From: an uncultured virus (IMG/VR IMGVR_UViG_3300020048_000099)
Lineage: Duplodnaviria > Heunggongvirae > Uroviricota > Caudoviricetes
Length of the DNA stretch: 64,000 nucleotides
Virus record (IMG/VR): IMGVR_UViG_3300020048_000099
Strand: one strand, 5' to 3'
In this document: in pieces, positions 48,566 through 58,997 of the stretch
How positions within the stretch are numbered: position 1 is the first letter of the stretch
Layout: every line of letters starts with the position of its first letter
The notes under the pieces: generated by a model
Databases searched by the model: none
What the model saw: the letters and a program-made list of their open reading frames with translations, nothing else
Told to the model about the DNA's origin: nothing
Translations under genes and position numbers: made by a program

Positions 48566-49111
48566 ATGTTAACTATAGAAAGTGTGAAAGATTGTAAGTT
48601 TGATAATATAGAAAGATCATCTATTACAATGGTGGTTAAGTTTAAAGAATTCAGTGATTTTATACCATTTGGAGCTTATCCTAACGATTGTGAAGAACAT
48701 GGGCGACTTTTATACAATAACGCTTTAAATGGTCTCTATGGCGAAGTAGCTGAATATGTAAAACCATTTATTCCTTTAGATATTCAAAAAAAAATAAAGA
48801 AAGAACAGCTTAAAAAAGATAGAGATATCGAAGCTTATAAAGCAGTTTATACTTTAGATAGAAATTGGGATACTAATGAAGCTTCTCAGACAGCATTAAT
48901 ATCGGCCATTAATTTGGCTAAGTTAGGTTTAGCTTTACCGCCATACTGGAGAGACGCAGATAATGATAATATGCCGATTACAGATATCTCTCAACTTATC
49001 ACTATATTAAATTCTATATCTAGTCAAATAGAAACTGCTCATATAAACTATTGGAATAAGTTAAAACTAGTTGAAGAAGCCACCACTAGTGAAGAACTTG
49101 AGCTTATTTAG
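48566..49111 (+). CDS. Tail fibre assembly chaperone (DUF4376-like C-terminus)
   Basis: PFGAYPND.E.HGR.LY...G.YGEVAEY and WRDADN motifs; follows the fibre gene. Confidence 0.75.
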   Translation: MLTIESVKDCKFDNIERSSITMVVKFKEFSDFIPFGAYPNDCEEHGRLLYNNALNGLYGEVAEYVKPFIPLDIQKKIKKEQLKKDRDIEAYKAVYTLDRNWDTNEASQTALISAINLAKLGLALPPYWRDADNDNMPITDISQLITILNSISSQIETAHINYWNKLKLVEEATTSEELELI

Positions 49112-49130
49112 TTTAATTTTAAATAATCAA

Positions 49131-49150
49131 TAGAGCTGTTAACAGCTCTA
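49131..49150. terminator. 20-bp perfect palindrome
   Basis: tagagctgttaacagctcta in the intergenic gap. Confidence 0.5.
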
Positions 49151-49168
49151 AATGAAAAAGGTATTAAT

Positions 49169-52100
49169 ATGTCAAGCATACGTATGACAGATTTAACTGG
49201 AAGAAATAGAAATAATCTTATTCAAAATGAACTATGTAACCTTAATCAAGATGTTGCTATTAAAGCTTTAGTTCCAAATGAGGCACCATTTTTTGCTGTT
49301 AGTTTAGTAGTTAAATTCAATAATACTCCATTAGTTAAAGATAAAGATTATAAGATTATAGAAGTACATCAAGAGGCTACTCAAGATACTGGTAAAGAAG
49401 TATCGCAACTTATTTTAATACTTAAACCTAATGTAAATACAGTCTATATAGACTATCAAACAATAGGTGCAGGTTACGATAATACTAACGGTACAGTCAA
49501 TATGTATGAAACCATAATGGCTAATAATCAATTTGTAGATTGGGCCAATGTATTAGAAAAACCAGATTCATTTATACCTACTGTACATAATCATTCTATA
49601 CAAGATGTTTACGGATCTGAACCTATTACAGCTGCTTTAGGTCGTATCAGTAATACTATCTTATTAACTTCTGTTCCATCGTTTGAAGCTATTATACGTT
49701 GGATAAGAAGCGCCACACCTTTTAAACCATCTATAGCTAGTATAGTTTACGATGATGTAGCTATGACTGCCACTATTACGTCTAGTACTATAAGCGGATG
49801 TATATCTGAATTAGATAGATGTGAATGGAGGATTAATAATGTAATAAGCACGATAAGTGATAATTATACATTAGTCATAGATATAGAAAGAGAGTTAGAA
49901 TATAATATTTCTGTAACTCATTATAGTATTTCTGGTATTAGTAGTCCAATTAGTGATGAAAAACTTGTCTATTTGCCACCAGCGTTAGCTCCTGAAATAA
50001 TAATAGCTAAGCCATTTAAACCTACTATAGCTAGCGTTGTCTATAGTGAAAAACTTGATAGTGATAATAAATTAATAAATGTAGCAACTATATCTTCTAG
50101 TATCATAAGTGGTGGCAATTCTGAATTTAAAAGATGTGACTGGTACATAAAAGTAGGAGATAATGGTACTTTTGTTTTGGATACAACGACAACTGGATAC
50201 ATTAAGACTTTAATATTAGATCCAGAAAGAAAATATTTTGTTAAAATAAAACATGTTAATTCTAGTGATTTAATTAGCACTTTTAGTGCTTCTGTAACTG
50301 TAAAAGTTCCAAGCGAAGTATCACCACCATTTAAACCAATTATTGAAAATGTAGAATATGATTATGCTAATCGTAAAGTGGTACTAACATCTAGTAAAAT
50401 AAACGGTAGTACAAGTAATATAAAAACAGTAGTTTGGGAAGAGATAGAAGAAATAAATGGTGTAGATTCTGAACCAGTTTATACCGAAAATGCTGGTTGG
50501 TATACCAGAACAATTTTTAATGCACTAGATAGAGTTATTAGAGTTAGAGTAAAACATATTAACCAAAATGATATACATAGTGAATATAATGCCGGTAAAA
50601 CTATTAATATGGTTCTTTTACCATTTAATAAACCATCAATTAATATTTCTGTTCAGTATGATCTATATTTAGGTACTGTTACTTTACTATCTAATTTAGA
50701 AAAAGGTGGAACCAATAGGTTTGCTTATTGTCAATGGAGTTCAGACGATGGCGTTACATGGGTCATAGGAGCTGGGTACGTACACACATTTAAACTTCCT
50801 AAAAATGTTAATTTTAAAATTAGATTAAAACATGTAGATAATGAAGGCTTAATGTCGGAACAAAGTAATTTTAAATTAGTAAATATTTTAACACCTAGTC
50901 CAGGTACACCTACTATATATGCACCTGTACTTAATGCTGTTGAATCAACTATGACCTTAACATCATCACCACTAACTATTTCTGTTAGTGGATTAAATAA
51001 ATGTCTTTGGGTTATAACTAAATCTGGATCAGATCCTGAAGAGTTTGAAACAACTGGCTATGAATATACTGGAGATATGGAGAAAAATATCGAGTATAAT
51101 GCTAAAGTTAAACATATAGATAACGACGGTAAAGAAAGTAGTTTTAGTTCTGTTTCAACATTTACTTTATCATCATCAGCACCCAGTAAACCAACTTTTG
51201 ATATAACTGGTTATGACGCCCCAAATGGAAAAGTAAATGTGAGATCTAGCGCTATTGCTGGAAGTTCTAGTGCACTTTTACATTGTATATGGTATATTGA
51301 TGATAATGATGGAATTATAGTAGATACAGGTCTTACTGCTCAACTTTCAGCAACTAGAAATATTAAACATAATTTAAAATTACAGCATGTAAATTATGAA
51401 AATAAAGTCAGTGAGCTCAGTGTTACTAAAAACTTTAATATACCAGCTATTGCTCCTCTTCAACCTTTAATTACACCGGTAGTTTCAGCTAATTATAATG
51501 TTGCTAATGGTACAGTTACATTAACATCAACTAATACAAATTTTGGTTATTCTGGTTTTTTATCATCTATTTGGTCTTATAAAGAAGTAGGAGAAACAGC
51601 TGTCACTACGCTTGCCCCAATTACTTCTCAAACAGCTACTTTAGATTTAGATACAAATGTTGACTATGAGGTAACTGTAAAACATAGAAATATAGATTTA
51701 AAAACAAGTATATCTAGCGATCCAGTAACTGTTAAAATAATTGGTGTTAATACATTAGTTCCTACTTTAACAGTAGAAACATATGCTTATAACTCTAATA
51801 CTGGTGATCAAACAATAACTGTAATAGCTAGAACTACTCCAGGTGTTGACACTATAAATGCTGTAAAAATTAGCTGGGAAAAAGCAGATAATATAAATTT
51901 CTCATATTCAAGCGGTGTTGAAAAAAACATAACTGCTGGACAAAAAAATGTATATTCAATTACTAAGAGAACAACTGAAATAATTTATGTAAGGGCTAAC
52001 TTAAAAGATGCTAATGGTATATATGGTGCTGAATCTTCTGTACTTACATTACCCAAAGTACAAGCGGCACAACAGCCAGTGATAATGAGTCATAGTTATA

Positions 52101-54052
52101 ATGCCGACGGTTCTGTTTTAACATTAACTGCTAGTGGGTATGCTAATAGCAATAGTCCTTTTGAATCTTCAAAATGGAAAATTAATGGTGTTACCATTAA
52201 TGGAGTAAATAGTACTACTAAAGACTTTAATATATATGCAGGAAGTAGAAATGATGTAATTAACGCATATGTAATATATATTAATGAAGCAAAGCTAGAA
52301 AGTCTACAAAGTACTCTTTATGAAGTACCGGCTTTTATTCAAACACCTATCCCGGTTACTATAATTATTCGAGCTCCTACGGCGACAGTAAGCACTATTA
52401 CAACTAATAGTTTTAAAGTTTCACTGAATGCATTTGCTACAACACAAGGTAGTGATGTTCTTGATTATTCTGTTATATCCATATCAAAATCTAGCTTATT
52501 TCCTACTAATGAAACTATTGTACATAGTGATATCAATAATTCACCTTTGACTTTTAATAATTTAGATTCTGGAACTTTATACTATATTAAAGGAAGACAT
52601 GTTGGTGATAGTGAAGTACAAAGTTCATGGGGGACTACCGTAACTGCGACAACATTAGCGGAAGTGGTACTTGATACTCCTAGTGTGCCAGTTTTATCTT
52701 TTATTAGTGAGACTATAACTGGAGGTGATAGAAATATTACATTACAATTCACAGCAAAAAATTCAAGCGGTGTGTCCATAACGCCAAAATCGGTTAATTG
52801 GGCTGTGTCTTATGATAATTTCACTACAACTACAGAAAATAATTCAGTGGCTTATGATACTTTAAATACTTTAACAAAAACTATAGTTGGATCTGTAAAT
52901 ATTACCAAGACTCTTTATGTTAAAGTAGGGTTCAAGAATAGTGATGATGTATCTAGTGGATGGTCTAATGTTTATACAGCTGCGCCTATACCATATTTAG
53001 ACAAACCAACTATTAGATCACAATTTTCTGTTCCAACTATCGAAAATTCAACATTAAATATAGAAACTACTCCAATTTCACCATCTACACAAATAATTAA
53101 AGATGTGGTTTGGTATTCTTGGACATCATCAGGTTCTTCAGCCGATGCGTCTGCAGCACCTGTAGATAATATTTATACGATTACGTATAGTAGTAGTCAG
53201 TTTACTACTACAAATATGAACAATATTTATAAAAGATCAGGAGCAATAGCACCTAATGTTTGGCAATATGTCAAAGTTAAACATGTTTCTAGTACCAATA
53301 TTGAAAGTCAATGGAGCAATATTAGTGTTTATAGAAACGAACTAAGCTTAAGTTCTACAGTACCAACCGCATATATAGATACTACTCAGGGACCAGCGTA
53401 CTATATATCTCCCGTCTATGACCACGTAGTTAGAGTAAGATCAACATCTTTGCCAGATGGATATACTATAAAAGGGTGGACATGGCAGAAACGTATTACT
53501 GGACAAGCCGCAGTGGAACTTCATATAGATGACGATGATTATCCAGATATAACGACCTATTCAGGTATATTAGAACTTTTACCTAACACAACAACTTATT
53601 TAAAAGTAAAATTACATGCCAGTAATGGTGAAGTAACTGCTTGGAGTAATGAAATATCGGCATATTATACTGTGGCTCCTACAACTTTAGCGAGACCAAT
53701 TGTAACTGGATTTCCAAATAATCCAACTCAGCTAGGATATTACCTTAGTTCAGGTTCTCTTACGGTAACTTCACAACAATCTGGTTGGGATTTAGTATCA
53801 GTAGTTAAAAGAGTTACCGAAGTCTGGATTTTTAATGGATATCAATACCAACAACTTACTGAAATTGTAGATCTTCCTAATATTAGTGGAACTATAAGTA
53901 CAGCTATACTTTATTCTAATCTTCAAAATGGAAAAAATTACGCTATAGTAACAAGTTATTTTTATAATGTTTTTGATAAAGACACTGGTGCAACATCTCA
54001 AAAACAAAGTCCTCGTAGTGAGAACTTTTATCTAAATATATTGGCACAGTAA
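49169..54052 (+). CDS. Giant tail fibre/adhesin with tandem FN3/Ig-like domains
   Basis: N-terminus paralogous to 47065; about 13 units of ~100 aa with KP.I...T.TSS...W...Y.VKVKH.N....S..S. Confidence 0.8.
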   Translation: MSSIRMTDLTGRNRNNLIQNELCNLNQDVAIKALVPNEAPFFAVSLVVKFNNTPLVKDKDYKIIEVHQEATQDTGKEVSQLILILKPNVNTVYIDYQTIGAGYDNTNGTVNMYETIMANNQFVDWANVLEKPDSFIPTVHNHSIQDVYGSEPITAALGRISNTILLTSVPSFEAIIRWIRSATPFKPSIASIVYDDVAMTATITSSTISGCISELDRCEWRINNVISTISDNYTLVIDIERELEYNISVTHYSISGISSPISDEKLVYLPPALAPEIIIAKPFKPTIASVVYSEKLDSDNKLINVATISSSIISGGNSEFKRCDWYIKVGDNGTFVLDTTTTGYIKTLILDPERKYFVKIKHVNSSDLISTFSASVTVKVPSEVSPPFKPIIENVEYDYANRKVVLTSSKINGSTSNIKTVVWEEIEEINGVDSEPVYTENAGWYTRTIFNALDRVIRVRVKHINQNDIHSEYNAGKTINMVLLPFNKPSINISVQYDLYLGTVTLLSNLEKGGTNRFAYCQWSSDDGVTWVIGAGYVHTFKLPKNVNFKIRLKHVDNEGLMSEQSNFKLVNILTPSPGTPTIYAPVLNAVESTMTLTSSPLTISVSGLNKCLWVITKSGSDPEEFETTGYEYTGDMEKNIEYNAKVKHIDNDGKESSFSSVSTFTLSSSAPSKPTFDITGYDAPNGKVNVRSSAIAGSSSALLHCIWYIDDNDGIIVDTGLTAQLSATRNIKHNLKLQHVNYENKVSELSVTKNFNIPAIAPLQPLITPVVSANYNVANGTVTLTSTNTNFGYSGFLSSIWSYKEVGETAVTTLAPITSQTATLDLDTNVDYEVTVKHRNIDLKTSISSDPVTVKIIGVNTLVPTLTVETYAYNSNTGDQTITVIARTTPGVDTINAVKISWEKADNINFSYSSGVEKNITAGQKNVYSITKRTTEIIYVRANLKDANGIYGAESSVLTLPKVQAAQQPVIMSHSYNADGSVLTLTASGYANSNSPFESSKWKINGVTINGVNSTTKDFNIYAGSRNDVINAYVIYINEAKLESLQSTLYEVPAFIQTPIPVTIIIRAPTATVSTITTNSFKVSLNAFATTQGSDVLDYSVISISKSSLFPTNETIVHSDINNSPLTFNNLDSGTLYYIKGRHVGDSEVQSSWGTTVTATTLAEVVLDTPSVPVLSFISETITGGDRNITLQFTAKNSSGVSITPKSVNWAVSYDNFTTTTENNSVAYDTLNTLTKTIVGSVNITKTLYVKVGFKNSDDVSSGWSNVYTAAPIPYLDKPTIRSQFSVPTIENSTLNIETTPISPSTQIIKDVVWYSWTSSGSSADASAAPVDNIYTITYSSSQFTTTNMNNIYKRSGAIAPNVWQYVKVKHVSSTNIESQWSNISVYRNELSLSSTVPTAYIDTTQGPAYYISPVYDHVVRVRSTSLPDGYTIKGWTWQKRITGQAAVELHIDDDDYPDITTYSGILELLPNTTTYLKVKLHASNGEVTAWSNEISAYYTVAPTTLARPIVTGFPNNPTQLGYYLSSGSLTVTSQQSGWDLVSVVKRVTEVWIFNGYQYQQLTEIVDLPNISGTISTAILYSNLQNGKNYAIVTSYFYNVFDKDTGATSQKQSPRSENFYLNILAQ

Positions 54053-54213
54053 CAAATAACTTTTTTACTTAATCATTTTTCACTACCTTTACCACATATT
54101 TAATATTTTATTTCATATGACCGTTTTACTACACCAAAATGACGGAGTTGATAGAACTAAATATATACATTTAAGACTATCAACTAATTTTAAAATATTT
54201 TATTAATTTATAA

Positions 54214-54765
54214 TTAGCCCATAAATATTAGTTTGAATATATTAATAAAGTTGTCAGCTATACCGACAACTGCATTATTCATTATATTAGTTAGTGAAAA
54301 CATTAGTACGAAAATAGTAAAACCTGCTAACATAGTTATAGAAACAACTTTAATAAGCCACGATTTAAGTTTTATTAACTCAAACTTATTAAACTCTTCT
54401 ATATCCTTTTTATCAATTTCTGCTTTAGTTTCTACTAGTGTTTTCACTTCCTCTATCATGTTACAATTATTATGTAGTTGTTCAATAACAACAGTTTTAA
54501 CATCTTCCATTAAAGTTTTATTAGATTCATTTATATTATTATACGGAAGTTTAACTCCTATACTACTATAGTCGTTACTCATAACAGAGTTTTGTAGTAT
54601 TTTACTCACACCACGTAAAAGTGTTTTCTTTTCACTGGTGCTGAGTTTATTAAATATAGTTAATATATTTTTTGAAAAATCTCCTTTATATTCTTTTTCT
54701 GTAATAGTTTTAATTTTATGGATAATTTCTATTAGTTCTTCTGGAGTTACATTCAAATTTTCCAT
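54214..54765 (-). CDS. Membrane protein with C-terminal TM helix
   Basis: 183 aa; hydrophobic VVSITMLAGFTIFVLMFSL; AAGGA RBS. Confidence 0.6.
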   Translation of the reverse strand: MENLNVTPEELIEIIHKIKTITEKEYKGDFSKNILTIFNKLSTSEKKTLLRGVSKILQNSVMSNDYSSIGVKLPYNNINESNKTLMEDVKTVVIEQLHNNCNMIEEVKTLVETKAEIDKKDIEEFNKFELIKLKSWLIKVVSITMLAGFTIFVLMFSLTNIMNNAVVGIADNFINIFKLIFMG

Positions 54766-54834
54766 TACTATAATCCTTTTTAGTTAGTGAATTCATTCAT
54801 AACATTTGTTTAATTTTTTTTAAGGTTTACTAAA

Positions 54835-56124
54835 ATGACTAGTCTTAATACTGTAATACGTCCTATAAATCAACCACCAGTTAATGACTTTGGAACTTCT
54901 ATGAGGGTCTCAGGTGATGGAACTCGTTTAGTTGTTGGTGATATAATGACTGGCAATACTTTAACAGACGGTGGTTGTATATATGTATTTTGTTACAGCA
55001 CTACGGGTACTTCATGGGTACAAGAAGCTAAATTATATCCAAATGTAAGAACTTTAGGTAGTAGGTTTGGATGGTCAGTTTCAATTAATCATGATGGTAG
55101 TAAAATTATTGTAGGAGCACCGTATGACAATAATAAAAATAATGAAACTGATGTACCTGGGTGCGGAGCAGCATATATTTTTGAAAGAACAAATACCACA
55201 TGGAATCAAACAAAAATATTAAAAACTAATACATTAGTTACAAATGATAAATTTGGATATGCTGTAGATATTAATGAAAGTGGTAATAGAGTCATAGTTG
55301 GAGCACCACAAAAAACTAGTCCACCGGCACCTGAAGGTAAGTCATTTGTTGGTGCTGGTGCTGCGTATATTTTTAATTATTCAAACTCAAGTTGGGATAC
55401 CGGTTATCTATTAACATCACGAGAATATTTAGGGTCTGACGATCATCTTGGTAGTTCTGTTTCTATTAATGCAATTGGTAATATAGTGGCAATAGGAGCT
55501 AGAGGTGATAGAAGTGGAGAAAATTTGAATGGAGCGGCCTATGTATTTAGGTATAGAGCAAATCCAGCAAATGGAGTTCATTGGATATTAAAACAAAAGA
55601 TGTTAGCTGCAGTATTAGGGCGCGAAGAAGAATATGGTCATGCTTTATCTTTAAGCACCACTGGTGAATACTTAGCTATTGGTGGTTTTAATAGAACCAC
55701 ATATTATCAAGGTGGTGGAGCAGTAGATGTATGGAAAAAACAATCCGACAATAGTTACATTATGATTGATACAATAATACAAGATAATGCTACTCAATCT
55801 AAAATTAAACCTTGTTATCAAGCCTATTTTGGTTGGTCTGTTAGTTTTCTTGGTACATCTAATTTATTATTAATTGGTGCTCCAGGTACAGTTTACGAGG
55901 GATTAGAAGGAGCTGGAGTAGCTTACTGTTATAAAAATGTTAATGATAAATTTACTATGATTAAATTGTTATTATCTCCACCAATTGCTAGTGGTGACGG
56001 TTATGGAAGCTCCGTTTGTTTAGGTGAATCTTCAACAGGTAACACAGCTGGAACTAGACAAATGTTAGTAGCTGCTGCAGGTAATAACACTGGAAAAATT
56101 TCTTGTCATTGGGAAACATTTTAA
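54835..56124 (+). CDS. FG-GAP (integrin-alpha-like) seven-bladed beta-propeller protein
   Basis: Repeated FG.SV.I...G..I.VGAP...GAAYIF units. Confidence 0.85.
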   Translation: MTSLNTVIRPINQPPVNDFGTSMRVSGDGTRLVVGDIMTGNTLTDGGCIYVFCYSTTGTSWVQEAKLYPNVRTLGSRFGWSVSINHDGSKIIVGAPYDNNKNNETDVPGCGAAYIFERTNTTWNQTKILKTNTLVTNDKFGYAVDINESGNRVIVGAPQKTSPPAPEGKSFVGAGAAYIFNYSNSSWDTGYLLTSREYLGSDDHLGSSVSINAIGNIVAIGARGDRSGENLNGAAYVFRYRANPANGVHWILKQKMLAAVLGREEEYGHALSLSTTGEYLAIGGFNRTTYYQGGGAVDVWKKQSDNSYIMIDTIIQDNATQSKIKPCYQAYFGWSVSFLGTSNLLLIGAPGTVYEGLEGAGVAYCYKNVNDKFTMIKLLLSPPIASGDGYGSSVCLGESSTGNTAGTRQMLVAAAGNNTGKISCHWETF

Positions 56125-56148
56125 ATAAAAATATATTAAATATAGAAT

Positions 56149-56187
56149 ATATACCCACAACTGCTGTAAAGGCAGTTGTGGGTATAT
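56149..56187. terminator. Bidirectional terminator
   Basis: 16-bp stem atatacccacaactgc/gcagttgtgggtatat between convergent genes. Confidence 0.8.
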
Positions 56188-56192
56188 TATAT

Positions 56193-58121
56193 TCAATTAT
56201 AAATAACTACAGTTCCTGATGATAAAACAAGACTTTCTGGGATTTCATTCTGTGGGACAGAAATAACTAATTCATTACCACTAGCATCCATACAAACTGA
56301 GTATCCAAAATATGGATCAGTACTAGAAGAAATATTATTACTTAAGAATGTATATTCTAAATTCCAAGATACTCCATTAAATATAAAGGTATATGCACTA
56401 CCTATATTACCTGGTTCATTAAATCTGTAATGAGCGCCTATCAATACTTTATCCCCTACAGCATTAATGGCTACAGAATTACCGAATTGATCACCGTCAA
56501 GACCGTCAATAAGCATTAATTTATCTTTTTCTATCCATTCTCCACTGTCTAAAATAAAGATATATGCAGAACCTGTCTGTGAGTCAAATGCACCGTTTGA
56601 TTCTCGTGCACCAATAATTATAGTATTACCATTTTGGTTAATGTCTATAGAACAACCAAACTGGTCCATATCTCCACCATCAAATGGTATTAGTTTAGCT
56701 ACATGGTCATAATTATAATTTATTAAATTAAATACATGTACACTACCAGTTCCAGAATCACTATCCATTGCTCCAACAGCTATTAAATCACCGGAGGCAT
56801 TTGTAGCAACAGAAGTACCAAATCTATCGTTAGCAGCAGAATCTGGTGCTATTAATTTACTTATAAATAACCAATTACCTTCATTATATTCATAAACATA
56901 AGCACATCCAGTGTTATCCACTACACCATCATCACCACTAGATCCTATAATTAAAATACTTGCATCGCTATTAAATACTATAGAACATCCAAAGTAAGAA
57001 CCTGTATTGATATCTTCTAATGTTATTTTACTCTCTAACTCCCATAATGAATTATTAAGTCTATATACATAGACAGACCCAGTATCAACTTGAGTAGAGT
57101 CGCCATAATACGCACCTAATGCAATACATGTACCGTCGCTAGATATAGCACTAGAAACACCTAAGTAATCACCAGGATGTGGATCATTTGCTGTTAGTTT
57201 AGCGATAAATATCCAAACATTATTTATTTTATTAAATACATAGCCACAACCAGCATCAAAATAACCTTCATCAGCTAATCTAGCTCCAACAACAATAGTG
57301 TCACCTAATGCATTTATTGATACAGCTGACCCAAACCAATCACCATTATTTCCTTCTACGTCATATAAAATATCTGTAGCTGTAGGTGCATTAATATTAG
57401 ATTTAATAGTAAACGTAGTAATAGCACTCCAATCACTTTCTGTTTCACTATTACTGGTAAACTTAGCTCTTACATAATAAGTTGCACCGGCATCTAGATC
57501 TTCTAAATCCCATTTTAAGAAAGTAGTTGGATCAATAGTTTCTTCTTTTAATTTAAATCCGGTAGCAATCAAGTTGTTAAAGTTTACATTATCCGATAGT
57601 TCAAAATATACACTATTACAATGGTTAATAAAATCTATAGTTTCATCAACAACTTTACCAAGTATCTTATAAGCGGCTAATTCAATAGTGATATTAGGTA
57701 GTAAGTTATATGTCAAATCCTTAGGAGATATTATAACAGGTGCATCTGGCGTAGCTTCAACTATGCTAATATTATATATTTTATTATTAAGAGTGAAACC
57801 AAATAAACCTGTTTCATCAGGCGATGTATATGTAATAATATCGTCTAATATACTAACAGAACCAAATTCAGTACTAACATTATATGAAGTTTCTATATCG
57901 TAATTAGTTATTCTATAACTACCACTTATATTTCGTGTTAATGTAGTAGGACCTTTAACAGTTGGAGAAACACCTCCAGTTTTATAAATCTCTGTTCCCA
58001 GTTTACTAGTTAAATGTATTTCTAACTCATTGTTAGGTTTTTTTACAAAGTATAATGTAGACGCTTCTATTGTATCTGGAAGTTTATTTACTTTTTGCAA
58101 TGTTAATATATCGTTAGACAT
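56193..58121 (-). CDS. FN3 + FG-GAP beta-propeller protein
   Basis: L..GATYYVRAKF....ESDWS FN3 motif followed by seven FG.SVAI...G..I.VGA...GS.YVF blades. Confidence 0.85.
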   Translation of the reverse strand: MSNDILTLQKVNKLPDTIEASTLYFVKKPNNELEIHLTSKLGTEIYKTGGVSPTVKGPTTLTRNISGSYRITNYDIETSYNVSTEFGSVSILDDIITYTSPDETGLFGFTLNNKIYNISIVEATPDAPVIISPKDLTYNLLPNITIELAAYKILGKVVDETIDFINHCNSVYFELSDNVNFNNLIATGFKLKEETIDPTTFLKWDLEDLDAGATYYVRAKFTSNSETESDWSAITTFTIKSNINAPTATDILYDVEGNNGDWFGSAVSINALGDTIVVGARLADEGYFDAGCGYVFNKINNVWIFIAKLTANDPHPGDYLGVSSAISSDGTCIALGAYYGDSTQVDTGSVYVYRLNNSLWELESKITLEDINTGSYFGCSIVFNSDASILIIGSSGDDGVVDNTGCAYVYEYNEGNWLFISKLIAPDSAANDRFGTSVATNASGDLIAVGAMDSDSGTGSVHVFNLINYNYDHVAKLIPFDGGDMDQFGCSIDINQNGNTIIIGARESNGAFDSQTGSAYIFILDSGEWIEKDKLMLIDGLDGDQFGNSVAINAVGDKVLIGAHYRFNEPGNIGSAYTFIFNGVSWNLEYTFLSNNISSSTDPYFGYSVCMDASGNELVISVPQNEIPESLVLSSGTVVIYN

Positions 58122-58136
58122 TATATAACTCCTTAG

Positions 58137-58475
58137 TTATTTAGGTGAATTTTTAATGAAAAGATCTATTTCATTAATTTGATTATTACAATTTGTAAGA
58201 TCTTTTAATAATCCTATATTATAGATAGTTAGTATGTTTTCTTTTCTTCTATAATCGTGTAATAGTAGTTTAAAATATTCTATATCTGTAATTTTATCTT
58301 TTACTATTAATTCACTTGTATAACTCTCTATCACTGGAGGTTTTGTAATAAAACATTTTGTAAGTAAATGTTCAGGTACAGGGATAGTTTTAAATTCAGT
58401 AACTGTTACAACTTCTCTAATTGGTTTTGATGAACAACCAACTAACAATGCTAAAACAATAATTAGATAATACAT
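58137..58475 (-). CDS. Outer-membrane spanin (Rz1-like lipoprotein)
   Basis: Signal peptide with lipobox LLVGC, P.PEHLLTKC....PP, C-terminal L..CN.Q. Confidence 0.75.
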   Translation of the reverse strand: MYYLIIVLALLVGCSSKPIREVVTVTEFKTIPVPEHLLTKCFITKPPVIESYTSELIVKDKITDIEYFKLLLHDYRRKENILTIYNIGLLKDLTNCNNQINEIDLFIKNSPK

Positions 58476-58484
58476 GTAATTTCC

Positions 58485-58985
58485 TTAAGCTATTTGTTGA
58501 CAAAAATCATCGGTATTAGATAAACAATATGTTTGCCATATAGCTTCTATTTGTATTTTACTAATGGCTGAACTTATATTGACTTCTTCATCTAAAATAT
58601 TATTAGCAGCATATGCTGTTTCACTATTTCCAGTTAATGGTAAAATAACTTCAGATGTAGTTAGTACTTCTGATATTTTTAAATCTTTACTATCTATGAT
58701 ATCTGAAACAGCAGTGTCTGTTTTTTTAGTATTTTCTTTTATATTTTTAATGGATAAGACTGTAAGATCGTGTGATTTTTTTAATACAGCTATAGACAAT
58801 AATTGTTTTTTATTAGCATCTATAGCTACATTAGTATTCTGTGTTTCTTTATAAAGATTATTCTTAACAACTGTTCGAGTTTCAAAACCTAATTTTTCCA
58901 TTATTAGATTACTATTATACATTACAGCTACTGCTGCAATAATTGTAAAAACAATAACTATATATACAGTTACTTTGCTAAACAT
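58485..58985 (-). CDS. Inner-membrane spanin (Rz-like)
   Basis: N-terminal TM helix, helical periplasmic part, C-terminal Cys pair; adjacent to the lipoprotein. Confidence 0.65.
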   Translation of the reverse strand: MFSKVTVYIVIVFTIIAAVAVMYNSNLIMEKLGFETRTVVKNNLYKETQNTNVAIDANKKQLLSIAVLKKSHDLTVLSIKNIKENTKKTDTAVSDIIDSKDLKISEVLTTSEVILPLTGNSETAYAANNILDEEVNISSAISKIQIEAIWQTYCLSNTDDFCQQIA

Positions 58986-58997
58986 GATATGATCCTT

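Noticed and set aside
44110..54052. Possible diversity-generating retroelement or invertible fibre cassette
   Set aside because: No reverse transcriptase or invertase, and I found no adenine-specific TR/VR pair or inverted crossover sites by eye.
54088..54102. accacatattt match to the distal part of the TnpB guide region
   Set aside because: Short AT-rich match outside the seed, with no correctly placed TTTAT; expected by chance.
54214..54765. Holin call
   Set aside because: Only a TM helix and loose proximity to the spanins; not enough to assign.
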